Assembly: GCA_018304425.1 (NCBI GenBank)
Contig: JAGVWE010000004.1
Span: 32,001 to 96,000 of the forward strand
Origin: Candidatus Iainarchaeum sp.
GTDB lineage: Archaea; Iainarchaeota; Iainarchaeia; Iainarchaeales; UBA10219
Direction of reading: 5' to 3'
Length of the DNA stretch: 64,000 bases
The notes under the pieces were generated by a model. It made no database searches. It saw only the letters and a program-made list of their open reading frames with translations, and was not told the origin of the DNA. Each line of letters opens with the position of its first letter. The stretch's first letter is position 1. Below, piece after piece: positions 19,201 to 29,500 of this stretch. Made by a program: the position numbers and the translations under genes.

Positions 19201-20870
19201 AGCAACTCCTGCGCAGTTGGCGGGTGTGGGTGTACGTCCTGGCCATGCTGGTCTCCTTTTACGCACTCACCTTCAACGGCTTGCGGTACGGCGTCGACTT
19301 TTCGGGTGGCACCCTGTTCCAGGTGCAGCTGGTGGAAAAAGTCAAGAGCCCCGAGCAGATGGCGCAAATCGAGAAAGTCATCGAGAAGAGGCTGGACTGG
19401 ACCGGCTTGAAGGACACCAAGGTCTCCGCGTGGGGCGACGAGTTCGTGGTCGCGCAAATCGCGGAAACGGATCCCGCGCGCGTCGAAGAACTCGAGAGCC
19501 TGCTGCGCAAGCAGGGAAAGTTCGAGGCCACGCTGGACGGCAACCTGTTATTCGATGGCTCCGAATTGACTCACATCCCCAAGGACCCCGCACAAGGCTA
19601 TGGCTTTTCCAATGCCGCCAACGACCTCGTCCAATGGAGCCTGCCCTTCTACTTGAACGATGCCGCGGCCAAGCGGTTCACCCGCATGTCCTTCCACCAG
19701 TGCATGGTCGTTTCCTATGCCCAGGCCGGCGGCAAGCAATACGAGTGCAAGCGCACGTACTTCTTCATTGACCGGCCGGTCAACAGCGTGCTGGTGATCC
19801 CGAAGGACCTCTACCTCTCCGACCGGCAGGCCCTCCTCCAGGGCAACCAGGAACACGACATCCCGGCCGGGGTTTCCCTCGAAGAACTCCTGCAAAATGC
19901 CAGCTTGCCCTATGTCGTGGTGGATTCCCCGGCAACCGAGGAGCAAACCACTGAGTTGAAGGACTTTTCCGCTTCCCGCCGCCACGCCATCGTGCCCCAC
20001 AACCTCTCCCCCGAGCTGGCCTCGCTTCTCGGCGGCATGGGCTACCGCTTGAAGAAAGTCAACGTCCCGGAACCGGACGTCCAACGCACACCGGGCCTGG
20101 CCACCGACGCCTATGACATCCAGCAAACCGTTCCCTGGACCTGGATTGCGTCGGGCGCGCGTTCCGTCATCTCGTTGACGGCAGGAGTCGCCAGCCTCGA
20201 GCCCTTTGTCGCGAACGCCGAGGACGCCAAGGAATTCAATCCCCTCCTCATCCAGGGAACGGGGGAAACCCAGGAGATAGCCGAAAAACGCCTCAAAGAA
20301 CTCACCATCATCCTTGAATCCGGTTCCCTGCCGATTCCGGTGGAAAGCGTTTCCAAGGAAACCATTTCGCCTTTCCTGGGAAGGGAATTCCTGGGCGAGG
20401 GGTTCTGGATTGGTTTGGTGGGCGTCCTGACCGTGGCAATCGTCTTGGCCATCCGCTACCGGCGCCCCAAGCTCATCGGGCCCATGATGGTGACCGTGTT
20501 GTCGGAAGCCTACCTGACGCTGGGCTTTGCCGCGCTCATCAAGTGGAACCTGGACCTGGCCTCCATCGCGGGCATTTTGACGGCGGTGGGCACGGGGGTC
20601 AACGACCAAATCATCATCACCGATGAATTGCTGCACGGCGGGGAGCGAACAACCACTTCCACGTCCTTCGTCAACCGCATCAAGAAAGCCTTCTTCATCG
20701 TGGTGGCGACCGCTTCCACGATTCTTGCCGCGATGGTCCCCATCCTGTTCATCGGCTTCGGCAGGCTGACTGGCTTCGCGATTACCACGATTGCGGGCGT
20801 GCTCATCGGCATCCTCATCACGCGCCCCGCCTACGGCGAGGCCGCGCGCCATCTACTCGAAGAAAAATAG
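19197..20870 (+). CDS. secD: Protein translocase subunit SecD
   Basis: GVDFSGGT, LESGSLP, GTGVNDQIIITDE; ATGA overlap with secF. Confidence 0.9.
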   Translation: MKQLLRSWRVWVYVLAMLVSFYALTFNGLRYGVDFSGGTLFQVQLVEKVKSPEQMAQIEKVIEKRLDWTGLKDTKVSAWGDEFVVAQIAETDPARVEELESLLRKQGKFEATLDGNLLFDGSELTHIPKDPAQGYGFSNAANDLVQWSLPFYLNDAAAKRFTRMSFHQCMVVSYAQAGGKQYECKRTYFFIDRPVNSVLVIPKDLYLSDRQALLQGNQEHDIPAGVSLEELLQNASLPYVVVDSPATEEQTTELKDFSASRRHAIVPHNLSPELASLLGGMGYRLKKVNVPEPDVQRTPGLATDAYDIQQTVPWTWIASGARSVISLTAGVASLEPFVANAEDAKEFNPLLIQGTGETQEIAEKRLKELTIILESGSLPIPVESVSKETISPFLGREFLGEGFWIGLVGVLTVAIVLAIRYRRPKLIGPMMVTVLSEAYLTLGFAALIKWNLDLASIAGILTAVGTGVNDQIIITDELLHGGERTTTSTSFVNRIKKAFFIVVATASTILAAMVPILFIGFGRLTGFAITTIAGVLIGILITRPAYGEAARHLLEEK

Positions 20871-20919
20871 GTTCGAAGAAAAAGGTTCTAGAAAAAAGAG
20901 GAAAACGTCAGCAGCCACT

Positions 20920-21378
20920 CTAATAGCCGCCGACGAATGGACTATAACCGTACGCGCCGTACTGGTACGGATAATTGTAGCCAGCGGTGCGTGGGTTGTA
21001 GGCCAAGCCGTAATTGTCGTAGCCGCTCACGAACGGATTGTACCGGTAGGGCCGATTGTAGTAGTCGCCCGTGAAACCCGCAGTCGAGAACCGGCTTTCC
21101 GTGTTCCCGTACCCGTTCCCGTACAAGCCGTAACCTGGATACCCGTATCCCGCGTAGAGCGAGTTGTAGCCGGAGCCGTAGCCGTTTGCATACGGGGAAC
21201 CGTAGGCATAGCTGCCGCCGCTCTGGTAGGGATACCGATAGCCCAGCCCATAAGCTCCCTGCCCATAGGCGCCATAGGAACCATACGCGCCATAGGTGCC
21301 ATAGGCGTAAGCCGATGCCTCGGATGCAATCAAGGTCAATGCCGTGACGGCAAGCAAAGCCATTAACAGTTTCTTCAT
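20920..21378 (-). CDS. Secreted Tyr/Gly-rich low-complexity protein
   Basis: Signal peptide MKKLLMALLAVTALTLIASEASA followed by YG/YGxYG repeats. Confidence 0.8.
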   Translation of the reverse strand: MKKLLMALLAVTALTLIASEASAYAYGTYGAYGSYGAYGQGAYGLGYRYPYQSGGSYAYGSPYANGYGSGYNSLYAGYGYPGYGLYGNGYGNTESRFSTAGFTGDYYNRPYRYNPFVSGYDNYGLAYNPRTAGYNYPYQYGAYGYSPFVGGY

Positions 21379-21497
21379 GGATAACCCCCTGTTCACGTTA
21401 ATAAATAACTATTCTGTTGAGGTTGTATTTAAAGGTATCTTTTTGGCTGGTTTGGGCCCTGGAAAGCCTTATATAGCGGTTAAGGCGTATTCCTTGC

Positions 21498-21998
21498 ATG
21501 GGTAGGTTATGGAAAAGCGGGGCCCGGAAGAACCGGAACCCCAAACCGTTGAAGCGCGCTCCCACCGCCCACGGCCGAAGGGCGGCAGGTCCATCCAATT
21601 ATCGGCGCATGAAACGCGTTGGCATGTTGCGCCCCACAGCCCGGGCTGCCGTTGAAGCCCGGCTGGCAGAGTCAGGCAAGCGACAAGTCGTTGCTACTCA
21701 CCAGGCAAGCTATGACCACATGGTGCGGGATTTGAAGGCGTTGCAAGCCGAAGAACGTGAGCTTGCGATTCAGGGCACCCTTTCCATGGGCACCAACCGC
21801 TACAACCAAGTGATTGCCGAGATACGCCGGCTCCAAGCCCTGCTCCCGCAAGCCAGGCGCATGCTAGCAGAGGAAAGGAGAGGCGTAACCGACTTGCTCA
21901 CCGGGCACCCCAGCTTTGAGGACGTCCTTAGCCGCCGCACCATTCAAGGCGATGCCTTGCTTCGCGAGTTGGCTAAGATCCGCAAGGAATTCCGCTGA
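21498..21998 (+). CDS. Orphan protein with basic N-terminus, coiled coil
   Basis: 166 aa, first acidic residue at position 53; TTATATA about 23 nt upstream. Confidence 0.7.
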   Translation: MGRLWKSGARKNRNPKPLKRAPTAHGRRAAGPSNYRRMKRVGMLRPTARAAVEARLAESGKRQVVATHQASYDHMVRDLKALQAEERELAIQGTLSMGTNRYNQVIAEIRRLQALLPQARRMLAEERRGVTDLLTGHPSFEDVLSRRTIQGDALLRELAKIRKEFR

Positions 21999-21999
21999 T

Positions 22000-22527
22000 T
22001 TACCACGGCACGTGCTTGAGCTTGGCTTTGAAGGCAATCCAGTTGCTGAGGCGGTGGACGAACACCGTGGCGACGCAGATGACGATGATTTCGTAGAAGC
22101 CCGGCGTGTACGCGAGGCTGCCCACTATCATGGCGCCGAACGCGAAGTCGAGTTGGTCGAGGAACAGCACCGGGGCCCCGACTTCGAGGTCGTTTCTCCG
22201 CTTGATGAAGCTCGCGGCAATGTCTCCGGCCATGGCCCCAACCGACAAGAGGAAGCCGAGTGCCAGGTAGTCTTCGGCCAGCAAAGCGGTGTAGGCCGGG
22301 AAGGCCTGGCGCAGGAGCAATGCAACCATGGTTCCCGTGAAGATGCCGCCAAGCGTGCCGCGCACGGTCTTGCCTTTCCCGAAAACGGGTTTGCCGTCCA
22401 CCCACTTCACGTCCAAGTCAATGGGGGTCTTGCCGCGCCAAAGCATGGCCGAGGAATTCGCGAAGTACATGGGCAGCACGTAGAGAATGGTTTTCGCCAT
22501 TTCCTGGAGCAAAAGCGCTTCCCCCAT
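22000..22527 (-). CDS. carS: CDP-archaeol synthase (DUF46)
   Basis: PMYFANS, FGKGKTVRG, GDIAASFIKRR, LDQLDF, LKHVPW. Confidence 0.92.
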   Translation of the reverse strand: MGEALLLQEMAKTILYVLPMYFANSSAMLWRGKTPIDLDVKWVDGKPVFGKGKTVRGTLGGIFTGTMVALLLRQAFPAYTALLAEDYLALGFLLSVGAMAGDIAASFIKRRNDLEVGAPVLFLDQLDFAFGAMIVGSLAYTPGFYEIIVICVATVFVHRLSNWIAFKAKLKHVPW

Positions 22528-22602
22528 GTCAACCCCCTTGTTTAATAATTTTTAGGGGCCTACCCTATTTATTACCCAACGGGTAACCCAACGGGTGCAA
22601 GC

Positions 22603-23505
22603 ATGCGGAAAATACTCCTAGTGGGCCTTGCGGCCTTCCTGTTCCTCTTCGGATTGGCCCTGGTTTTGAGCCTCTTCGTGGCTTCCACGGCCGGGGACGG
22701 GGCAACCCTGTCGTTTGGCAAGAAACTGGCTGTTCTTCCAGTCAAGGGCGAGATTTCCTCCGAGAAGTCGGTTCGCGACGGGGTGTACGCGGATGACCTG
22801 GTCGAGGACCTGGACAAGGCCGAAAAGGACTCCACGGTTGCCGGCATCTTCTTGGACATCGACAGCCCGGGCGGCAGCGTCGTGCCCACCAAGCAAATCG
22901 TGTACAAAATCCGTTCCCTTGAGAAGCCGGTGGTCGCGTACATCGGGGAAATGGGGGCCAGCGGCGGTTACTACATCGCGGCCTCGGCCGACTACGTGGT
23001 CGCGGACGAGGACTCCCTGACCGGCAGCATCGGGGTAATCTCCTTGTTGCCCAACCTCCAGGGCCTCCTGGAAAAAATTGGCGTGAAAATGGAGGTGCTG
23101 AAGGAAGGCGAGAACAAGGCCATCGCCAGCCCCTTCACGGAGTTGACGGCGGACCAGCGCAAGATCATGCAGGGCCTGTTGTCGGACGTGTACGCCAAGT
23201 TCAAGGCGGACGTCCTCGCGTTCAGGAAGGGCAAAGTGCGCCTGAAATTGTTTGACGAGCTGGCGGACGGCCGCATCCTGTCCGGCAGGCAGGCCCTGGA
23301 CGCGGGCCTCATCGACTTGACCGGTTCCAAGGAAGACGCGCTCAAGAAGGCGGCGGAGCTCAGCGGCATCGAAGGCGAGCCGGAACTCGTGAAGTACGAG
23401 AAGAAAGAGCTTTCCCTGCTGGACTTTTTCATGCAGGCCGGGAGCGCCTTCGGCTACTCGTTCAAGAACGCCTTGGTCTCCGATGCCCGGCTCTCCATCA
23501 AGTGA
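22603..23505 (+). CDS. sppA: Signal peptide peptidase SppA (S49)
   Basis: IDSPGG, GASGGYYIA, TGSIGV; N-terminal TM. Confidence 0.93.
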   Translation: MRKILLVGLAAFLFLFGLALVLSLFVASTAGDGATLSFGKKLAVLPVKGEISSEKSVRDGVYADDLVEDLDKAEKDSTVAGIFLDIDSPGGSVVPTKQIVYKIRSLEKPVVAYIGEMGASGGYYIAASADYVVADEDSLTGSIGVISLLPNLQGLLEKIGVKMEVLKEGENKAIASPFTELTADQRKIMQGLLSDVYAKFKADVLAFRKGKVRLKLFDELADGRILSGRQALDAGLIDLTGSKEDALKKAAELSGIEGEPELVKYEKKELSLLDFFMQAGSAFGYSFKNALVSDARLSIK

Positions 23506-24193
23506 GGCTGGTGAGGGCGTACACGAGCAGGCCGCCCGCGCTGCTGGCGATGAAGTTGACCTGCATGTTGTTGAGCTTTCCCTTCCGCTCCAATACGGCG
23601 CCCAACAGGCTGTCCACCAGGGAACCCGTTATCCCGGCGAGCAGGATGGCCAGCAAATGCACCTGGTTGCCCCGCAAGTAGTAGTAGGACACCGCCATCA
23701 CGAGGGAAGCGCCGAGGGCCGCGCCAAGCCCCAGCAGCGTTATCCCGCCGTCCGTTCCCCGCTCGACCTTTTGCAACGTGGTGATGAGCCGCGGTTTTTT
23801 CCCGGAAAGCATGCCGATCTCGCTGGACGCCGTGTCGGCCAACGCCGCTGAAAGCGCTCCAAAGAAGGCGGGGTGCTGTCCCAGCACCAAGGCAATCATG
23901 GCTGGCAACCCGTTCCCGATGATGTTTTGCGTGGTCCGCTTCTCGAATTTCTCGGCCTTGTTGCGGCGGCCGAACCGCGTGAAGACTTCCGCGAAGAGGA
24001 AAGTCACCATGCAGGCGATGAACGCGCTCAAGCCGCCCAAGGCAAAGGCAATGATGCCGAAGAAGTCGGCCAACAGCATGCCCTTGTAGTCCAGGGACCC
24101 CTTTTTGTGGAAGAAATAGGTGAGGGTTACGATAATCAGCGCAACGACCGCAAATTGTTCCCCGTCAATGGCCACGAGAAGCATTGAAGTCAC
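23498..24193 (-). CDS. DUF92/TMEM19 membrane protein
   Basis: ALADTASSEIG, PRLITT, GTDGGIT, DSLLGA, NNMQVN. Confidence 0.9.
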   Translation of the reverse strand: MTSMLLVAIDGEQFAVVALIIVTLTYFFHKKGSLDYKGMLLADFFGIIAFALGGLSAFIACMVTFLFAEVFTRFGRRNKAEKFEKRTTQNIIGNGLPAMIALVLGQHPAFFGALSAALADTASSEIGMLSGKKPRLITTLQKVERGTDGGITLLGLGAALGASLVMAVSYYYLRGNQVHLLAILLAGITGSLVDSLLGAVLERKGKLNNMQVNFIASSAGGLLVYALTSLT

Positions 24194-24825
24194 TGGGAGA
24201 GAACCCTTGACTTGATGATTTCAACCCTTTTAAGCGCGGCCACCTTTTTGGCGTCCGCCGTGATTTTTGCCGGGAGGTTGCCGAAGATCAGCTCGGTGAT
24301 GACCTTGTCATAGGTCTTGGATTTGGCGAAATCCAGTATGCCGTCCACCACTATCTTTCGGATGGCGGTGCACTGGTCGTTGGTCGCCTTCCTGACCGTG
24401 AGTGCAAGGGTCTTGACCCTGACTTTGACGTTGTCCTTCGTGACCACGTCCTGCACGCATTCAATCTTGCTGGCCCTTCTCCGCACCAGCCGCCGGATAT
24501 AATCGGGGCTCACCTGGTGCAGGATGGGCTCGGTGTAGGCCTTGTTTCCCTTGACTTCCCTGACCTTGAAGCTGATGGTGGCGCTCGCCTTCTTTGCGGG
24601 GCTCAGTTCCCTGGCGCCCACAATGATTATGCGGTCCTGAACCATTTCAGGCTTTTCCGCAATGGTTTCTCCCAGGGGCTTGCTGTCAAAGTAAGCGGGG
24701 GCGTACAGCGTGTACCAGATCTTCTTCTTCCACTTGTCAACGGTTTTCTTCTTTGCCTTGGGCTTGGCTTTCTCGTCCTTTTGGCCGCCCTTGGCCGCTG
24801 ATTTCGCGTCCTCTTCCACCTGCAT
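24190..24825 (-). CDS. rps3ae: 30S ribosomal protein S3Ae (eS1)
   Basis: DKWKKKIWYTLYAPAYF, YIRRLVRRRASKI. Confidence 0.93.
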   Translation of the reverse strand: MQVEEDAKSAAKGGQKDEKAKPKAKKKTVDKWKKKIWYTLYAPAYFDSKPLGETIAEKPEMVQDRIIIVGARELSPAKKASATISFKVREVKGNKAYTEPILHQVSPDYIRRLVRRRASKIECVQDVVTKDNVKVRVKTLALTVRKATNDQCTAIRKIVVDGILDFAKSKTYDKVITELIFGNLPAKITADAKKVAALKRVEIIKSRVLSQ

Positions 24826-24829
24826 TTTC

Positions 24830-24937
24830 TCAGCCCTCAATCATTGCATTGATTTCCCGGATGATGTCCGTGAATTCTTTTTCTCCTTTTAGCCGGATTT
24901 CCCTTCCCTTAAGCTTCAGCGTTCCCTCGAATCTCAC
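24830..24937 (-). pseudogene. 35-codon ORF, possible remnant of KEOPS subunit Pcc1
   Basis: GTG...TGA frame (MRFEGTLKLKGRENPAKRRKEFTDIIREINAMIEG) fills the rps15-rps3ae gap where pcc1 often lies. Confidence 0.35.
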
Positions 24938-24938
24938 G

Positions 24939-25364
24939 TCATTTCACCAGCAAGGCCGCGGTCTCCGGAGTGTACCTCCAGCTCGCGGGCAGTTTTCCGG
25001 CGCCCTTGTAATACGTTACAAGCCGCTGGATCTTTGAAACCGCCAACTGGTAACCGCGCTTGGCCGTGTAGTCCTTGCGGTTGGTGGACAAGTGCTTCTG
25101 CAATTCCACGCTCCGCCGGATAAGGTTCAGCAAATCCCTTGGCACGTCCGCCAACAGCTTGTGCTCGCCGAGGACGGCTTCGATCCGCTTGCCCGTCAGC
25201 TTCTTGACGCTTGGAACCCCGTGCGAGTCCCGCAGGGTCATGCCGATTTCGCTGGCGTTCATGCCCTGGTTGGCCAGATCCACGATGAGCTTCTCGATTT
25301 CAGCTGGCTTGTAGGCTACGCCTTCCCCCGTGGATTCCGGCTGCACTTCCTTTGTCTTTGCCAT
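24939..25364 (-). CDS. rps15: 30S ribosomal protein S15 (uS15)
   Basis: SEIGMTLRDSHGVP, PRDLLNLI, SKIQRLVTYYK. Confidence 0.94.
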   Translation of the reverse strand: MAKTKEVQPESTGEGVAYKPAEIEKLIVDLANQGMNASEIGMTLRDSHGVPSVKKLTGKRIEAVLGEHKLLADVPRDLLNLIRRSVELQKHLSTNRKDYTAKRGYQLAVSKIQRLVTYYKGAGKLPASWRYTPETAALLVK

Positions 25365-25555
25365 AAAAAAACCCTTGAAATTGCCTTCAAAGGTACCAAA
25401 CCGCTCTTTCAAGGAAACGGTCAAGCCAATGAAAAAACAAGCAATATACCCCAATTCCCCAGTGAAAGGTATTTAAAGGTTGCCCCAACGTTCCTTTCCC
25501 CTCCAGCCCGGCGGTGCCTTTAAATACAAGAAAAAACTATAATTGCCCGGTTTCC

Positions 25556-26578
25556 ATGCGGTTTAATCGGGGAGCGGCTCTGGCCCTTTTGGTCCTGTTC
25601 TTGGCCGCTGGCTGCATCCAGCCCCAGGTAAAAAGAGAGCAAACTCCTCCCGCCCAGCAGGGGCCCGCCCCCTCCACCGGGCCCGTGATTCCACCCGTTG
25701 CCCCCAAAAGCCCGCCCGCTCCGGCCGCCACCAACATGGAGTTCTCTCTATGGGAGGGCCCGCTTTACTCCCTCCAGTACCCCAGCAACTGGGAAGTGCA
25801 GCTGCTGGGCGACCTGGTTGCCTTTGTCTCTCCCGCCGAAAACGCGGGCGACTTCCGCGAAAACGTGAACGTGTTCGCCGCAGCCCTGCCGCCCGAAGCC
25901 GCCGACACCTCGGCTGCCCAATTGTTTGCCAATTCCTTTGAGTCGCTCCAAGCCAGCATTGAAGACTTCCGGTTGGTGGAAGCCGACGACCAAACCCAAC
26001 TGGGAAACGAGCCAGGAGTGAAGGTCGCTTATTCTGGCACCAGCAAAGGCGTGCCCCTCCAGTTCCAGCAGCGCGTCATGGTCAAAGACGGAACCGCCTA
26101 CAGCCTGACCTACAGCGGCGAAAAAACGAAATACGGTGCAATGGCGCCCATCATCGAGGCCATGGCCCAGTCCTTCAAGTTAACCGAGTCCACTGCGCCG
26201 CAAGTGGTGGGAAAATGGGTGTCCTATGGCGAAACCGTTTTCTATGACTCCGGGGAACGCGAGTGGCCGGACCCCTCCAACACCCCGCCCCTTGAGTTGA
26301 AAACAGATCGCTCGTGGACACAGGGCGACGCGCAGAGCGCGCAAGGCACCTGGGACGTGCAGGCCATCGAAGAAAAAGATTGGGCGCGCTGGAACACCCG
26401 CCTTGCGGGCGCAAGCCGGAAAATCATTCTCTACGGCGGAGAAGCGGCATTAGCCGATGGCCCCATCGAAGAAGCCGGCAACCGCGTTGACGCGCTCTGG
26501 CTGCTCTACCGCGCCGGCCCTCCCGCGATTTCGCGGCCCGGCCAAGTCCAGATAAAATTCGTGAGGAGCGCGTCCTAG
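25556..26578 (+). CDS. Lipoprotein with PsbP/Mog1-like domain
   Basis: Lipobox LAAGC, Pro-rich linker, YSLQYPSNW...FRENVNV. Confidence 0.75.
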   Translation: MRFNRGAALALLVLFLAAGCIQPQVKREQTPPAQQGPAPSTGPVIPPVAPKSPPAPAATNMEFSLWEGPLYSLQYPSNWEVQLLGDLVAFVSPAENAGDFRENVNVFAAALPPEAADTSAAQLFANSFESLQASIEDFRLVEADDQTQLGNEPGVKVAYSGTSKGVPLQFQQRVMVKDGTAYSLTYSGEKTKYGAMAPIIEAMAQSFKLTESTAPQVVGKWVSYGETVFYDSGEREWPDPSNTPPLELKTDRSWTQGDAQSAQGTWDVQAIEEKDWARWNTRLAGASRKIILYGGEAALADGPIEEAGNRVDALWLLYRAGPPAISRPGQVQIKFVRSAS

Positions 26579-26579
26579 C

Positions 26580-29500
26580 ATGTTCGCCAAGCAATTTCTC
26601 CCGCTCGTTTGCCTCCTGCTGTTCGCTGCCCTCGGCTCCGCCGCCCAGCTCACGGTCCACCTTGAAGGCCAGGGCTATGTCTCCTCCTATCCTTCGGGCA
26701 TCCTCTGCGGGGCCGCCTGCCAGGAAACCTATGACGAGGGCACGGAGATGACGCTGACCGCCCATCCCTCCGAGGGCATGACCTTCCTTAATTGGGAGGG
26801 CTGCGACTCCGCCAATGGCCTTCTCTGCATCGTCACGCTAAACGGCGATGTGGAGGTAACCGCCAACTTCTCCGGCCCAACCTCCACCGAGTTTAGGCTG
26901 CGGGTCACGCGCTCCGGCACGGCCACCGGAAAAGTGCAGTCCACGGATGGCCTGATTTTCTGCGGCTCCCTCTGCCTCTACGACGAAGCCAAGTACCAGT
27001 CCGGCTCCACCGTGACGCTCAACGCCTCGCCCGGAACCGCTTTCACTTCCTGGCAAGGCGACTGTTCGGGCACGCAAGCCACTTGCACGCTCTCCATGGA
27101 CTCAGACAAGGAAGTCGAGGCGGTCTTCGGCCAACCAACCCTAGTCAAAGAACTCCCCGAACCCGCGAAGCCCACGCCATCGCCCGGCCAGCCCCCGCAA
27201 ACCCAGCCGCCTTCAACGCCCCCCAAGCCCCCTGCGGGGCCCCCCAAGCCCGGCGACTTTTCCCTTCACGTCGAAGTGGCGGGCGGCCTTTCAGGCTCGC
27301 CCCCCGGCACGGTGGTTTCCTCCGACAAGCGCGTGAACTGCCAGGCCCCATGCGATGTCGGCTATGCCGCCGGCTCCCAAGTGCCGCTCGAGGCGGTGCC
27401 CGCCAAGGGATACAAGTTCAGCGGCTGGGAAGGCGCCTGTGGCGGCCCGCAAGCCGCGTGCACGGCGCTCGTCAAGGGCGGCTCCATTTTCTTCCGGCCC
27501 GTTACCAATGTGCGTGCTGTCTTCGTTCCCGTCCTTGCCAATGTGGAAGTCTCCGTGAGCGGGCCGGGCAGGGTCACTGACCCCTATCGGATAGGTTGTC
27601 CCGCTTTTTGCGCTGCAAGCTATCCGCTTCCCCAGGGAAGCGTTACACTGACCGCCTCCCAGGCCGCTGACGTGACCTTTGAAGGTTGGGGCGGCGCCTG
27701 CCAGGGCACGCAACCCACTTGCACGGTGGCCTTGAGCGAAGCCAGCCCCATGAAAGTCTCGGCTTCCTTCAAGGGCCCGCCGCCCCCGCCCAAGCTCACG
27801 GTCTCCGTGAAAGGAAATGGGAAGGACAAGCTGTGGATGCAGGTGGGGGGGCCAAAGCAGGCGGTAACTACAGTCGAATGCACCGGCGAATGCACCTACA
27901 CCTATCCCAGGGGAACGACCGTGCAGTTCGTGCCCTATCCAGATGCCCGCCAGCAGCTGAAGGATTTGGGGGGCGCCTGCCTCGGAAAAAAGGACGCTGA
28001 GGTCGCCTGCTCGGTGCTCCTCGACTCGGACAAGCAAGTCACGGCCTCCTTTTCGCCGCGTGATTTCCGCAAGCTGACCGTGGTCAAGCCCGTGCTGGGT
28101 GAAGTCGATTCCTCAAGTGTCATCCGGCCGTCCTCCGGCGGAGACATTCATTCTTGGGACGACAAAATCCGGTGCGGTAACGCAGACAACGCATGTTCCG
28201 CCGAATACGATTCGTTCATGAAGGTGACCCTCCAGTTCAAGGCAGACGACCCCAACGGCGTGGGCGTGTTCCTCAGCGGCTGCGACGAGGTCAAGCCCTC
28301 CTTCTATGGCGGGACCTACTGCCTCGTCGGCCTCAGCAAGGGCGACCGCACGGTTGAAACCTGGGGTTCCCTGCAGCAGGAGCAAACCATCGTGCGCGAA
28401 GCCCTTTTCCAGGTCTTCAACCAAAGGAAGGACTGCCACTCCCGCCTCAACCTCCTCCTCTTGACGGGCGAGCCATTCCAAAGGGTGTTGCCTGAATACA
28501 AGGCAAAGCGGGCGGGGAGGACAATAGAAGACGTGAAGGCTTACCTTAAAGGCCTGCCAGCCTCATGGCGGACAGACACCGGCATCCAGACCGCATTCGA
28601 CCAATGCAACGCCGACCTCGTGCAAGGGGCGCTCCGTGAGGTTTTCGCTGGTGAAAGCAAGCAGTTCCCGGTCCTCACCAACTTCCTCATGGACCCAAAC
28701 CAACGCCCAACGCAAAGAGGGGCAGCCATAATGTCCACTCTGACTGCAGCCCCACCGAACCCACCCGATTTCAAGGACTGGTTGCAAAAGAACAAAACCC
28801 TTGCCTATGAGCAATGGGGCATCAAGGATTTCCTGGACAACTGGAAACAAGGAGAGGAGGCGCGAAAAAAGCAGGACGAAGCCAAGCGCCAGGAAGAGGC
28901 CAACCGCACGCCTTCGATTTCCTCGATTTCGCCGGACGGCTGGCAGATCGGGAAACAACCTATCCTTGCGGGAGGCGACTTTGTCAACGTCGCTTCGGTG
29001 ACCATCGACGGCGCGGCCGTGCGGTTCGACCCGAGGTCCGCCAACGAAATCGCCCTGCCCGACATCGAATGGGGCGTCGACGAGCGCGGCCGCAAGCCCG
29101 ATAAGCCGGGCCGGGTGCGGGTCACCCTGGCCAATGGCAAGTACACGGAAGCGAACCTGATCTCCCCGGCCAGGGCCATCACCCTCCACGCGGAAGGGAA
29201 AGAGGAGGCCTGCTTCGGCGGCGTCGGGAAGGCCTGCAGCGGGGGCGGCGACGAATGGGATTGGAAATTCGGCTCCGACAAGCTGGTCGTCCCCGTCGGC
29301 TGCCTGCCGGAAAAGAACGGCTACCGCGAGTGCTGGGTGGTGCCGGGCAGCATCCGCCACGACAACTGCTGCGTGCGCTTCCCTTTCGGACAAATGTGTG
29401 CCGGAACCAGGCATTCGACGGACGGCAAGCCTGCCGAAGAGAACAACCACGATAGCCACTGTGTCCAGGAATGGGATGATGCCAAATGGGACGTGATCTG

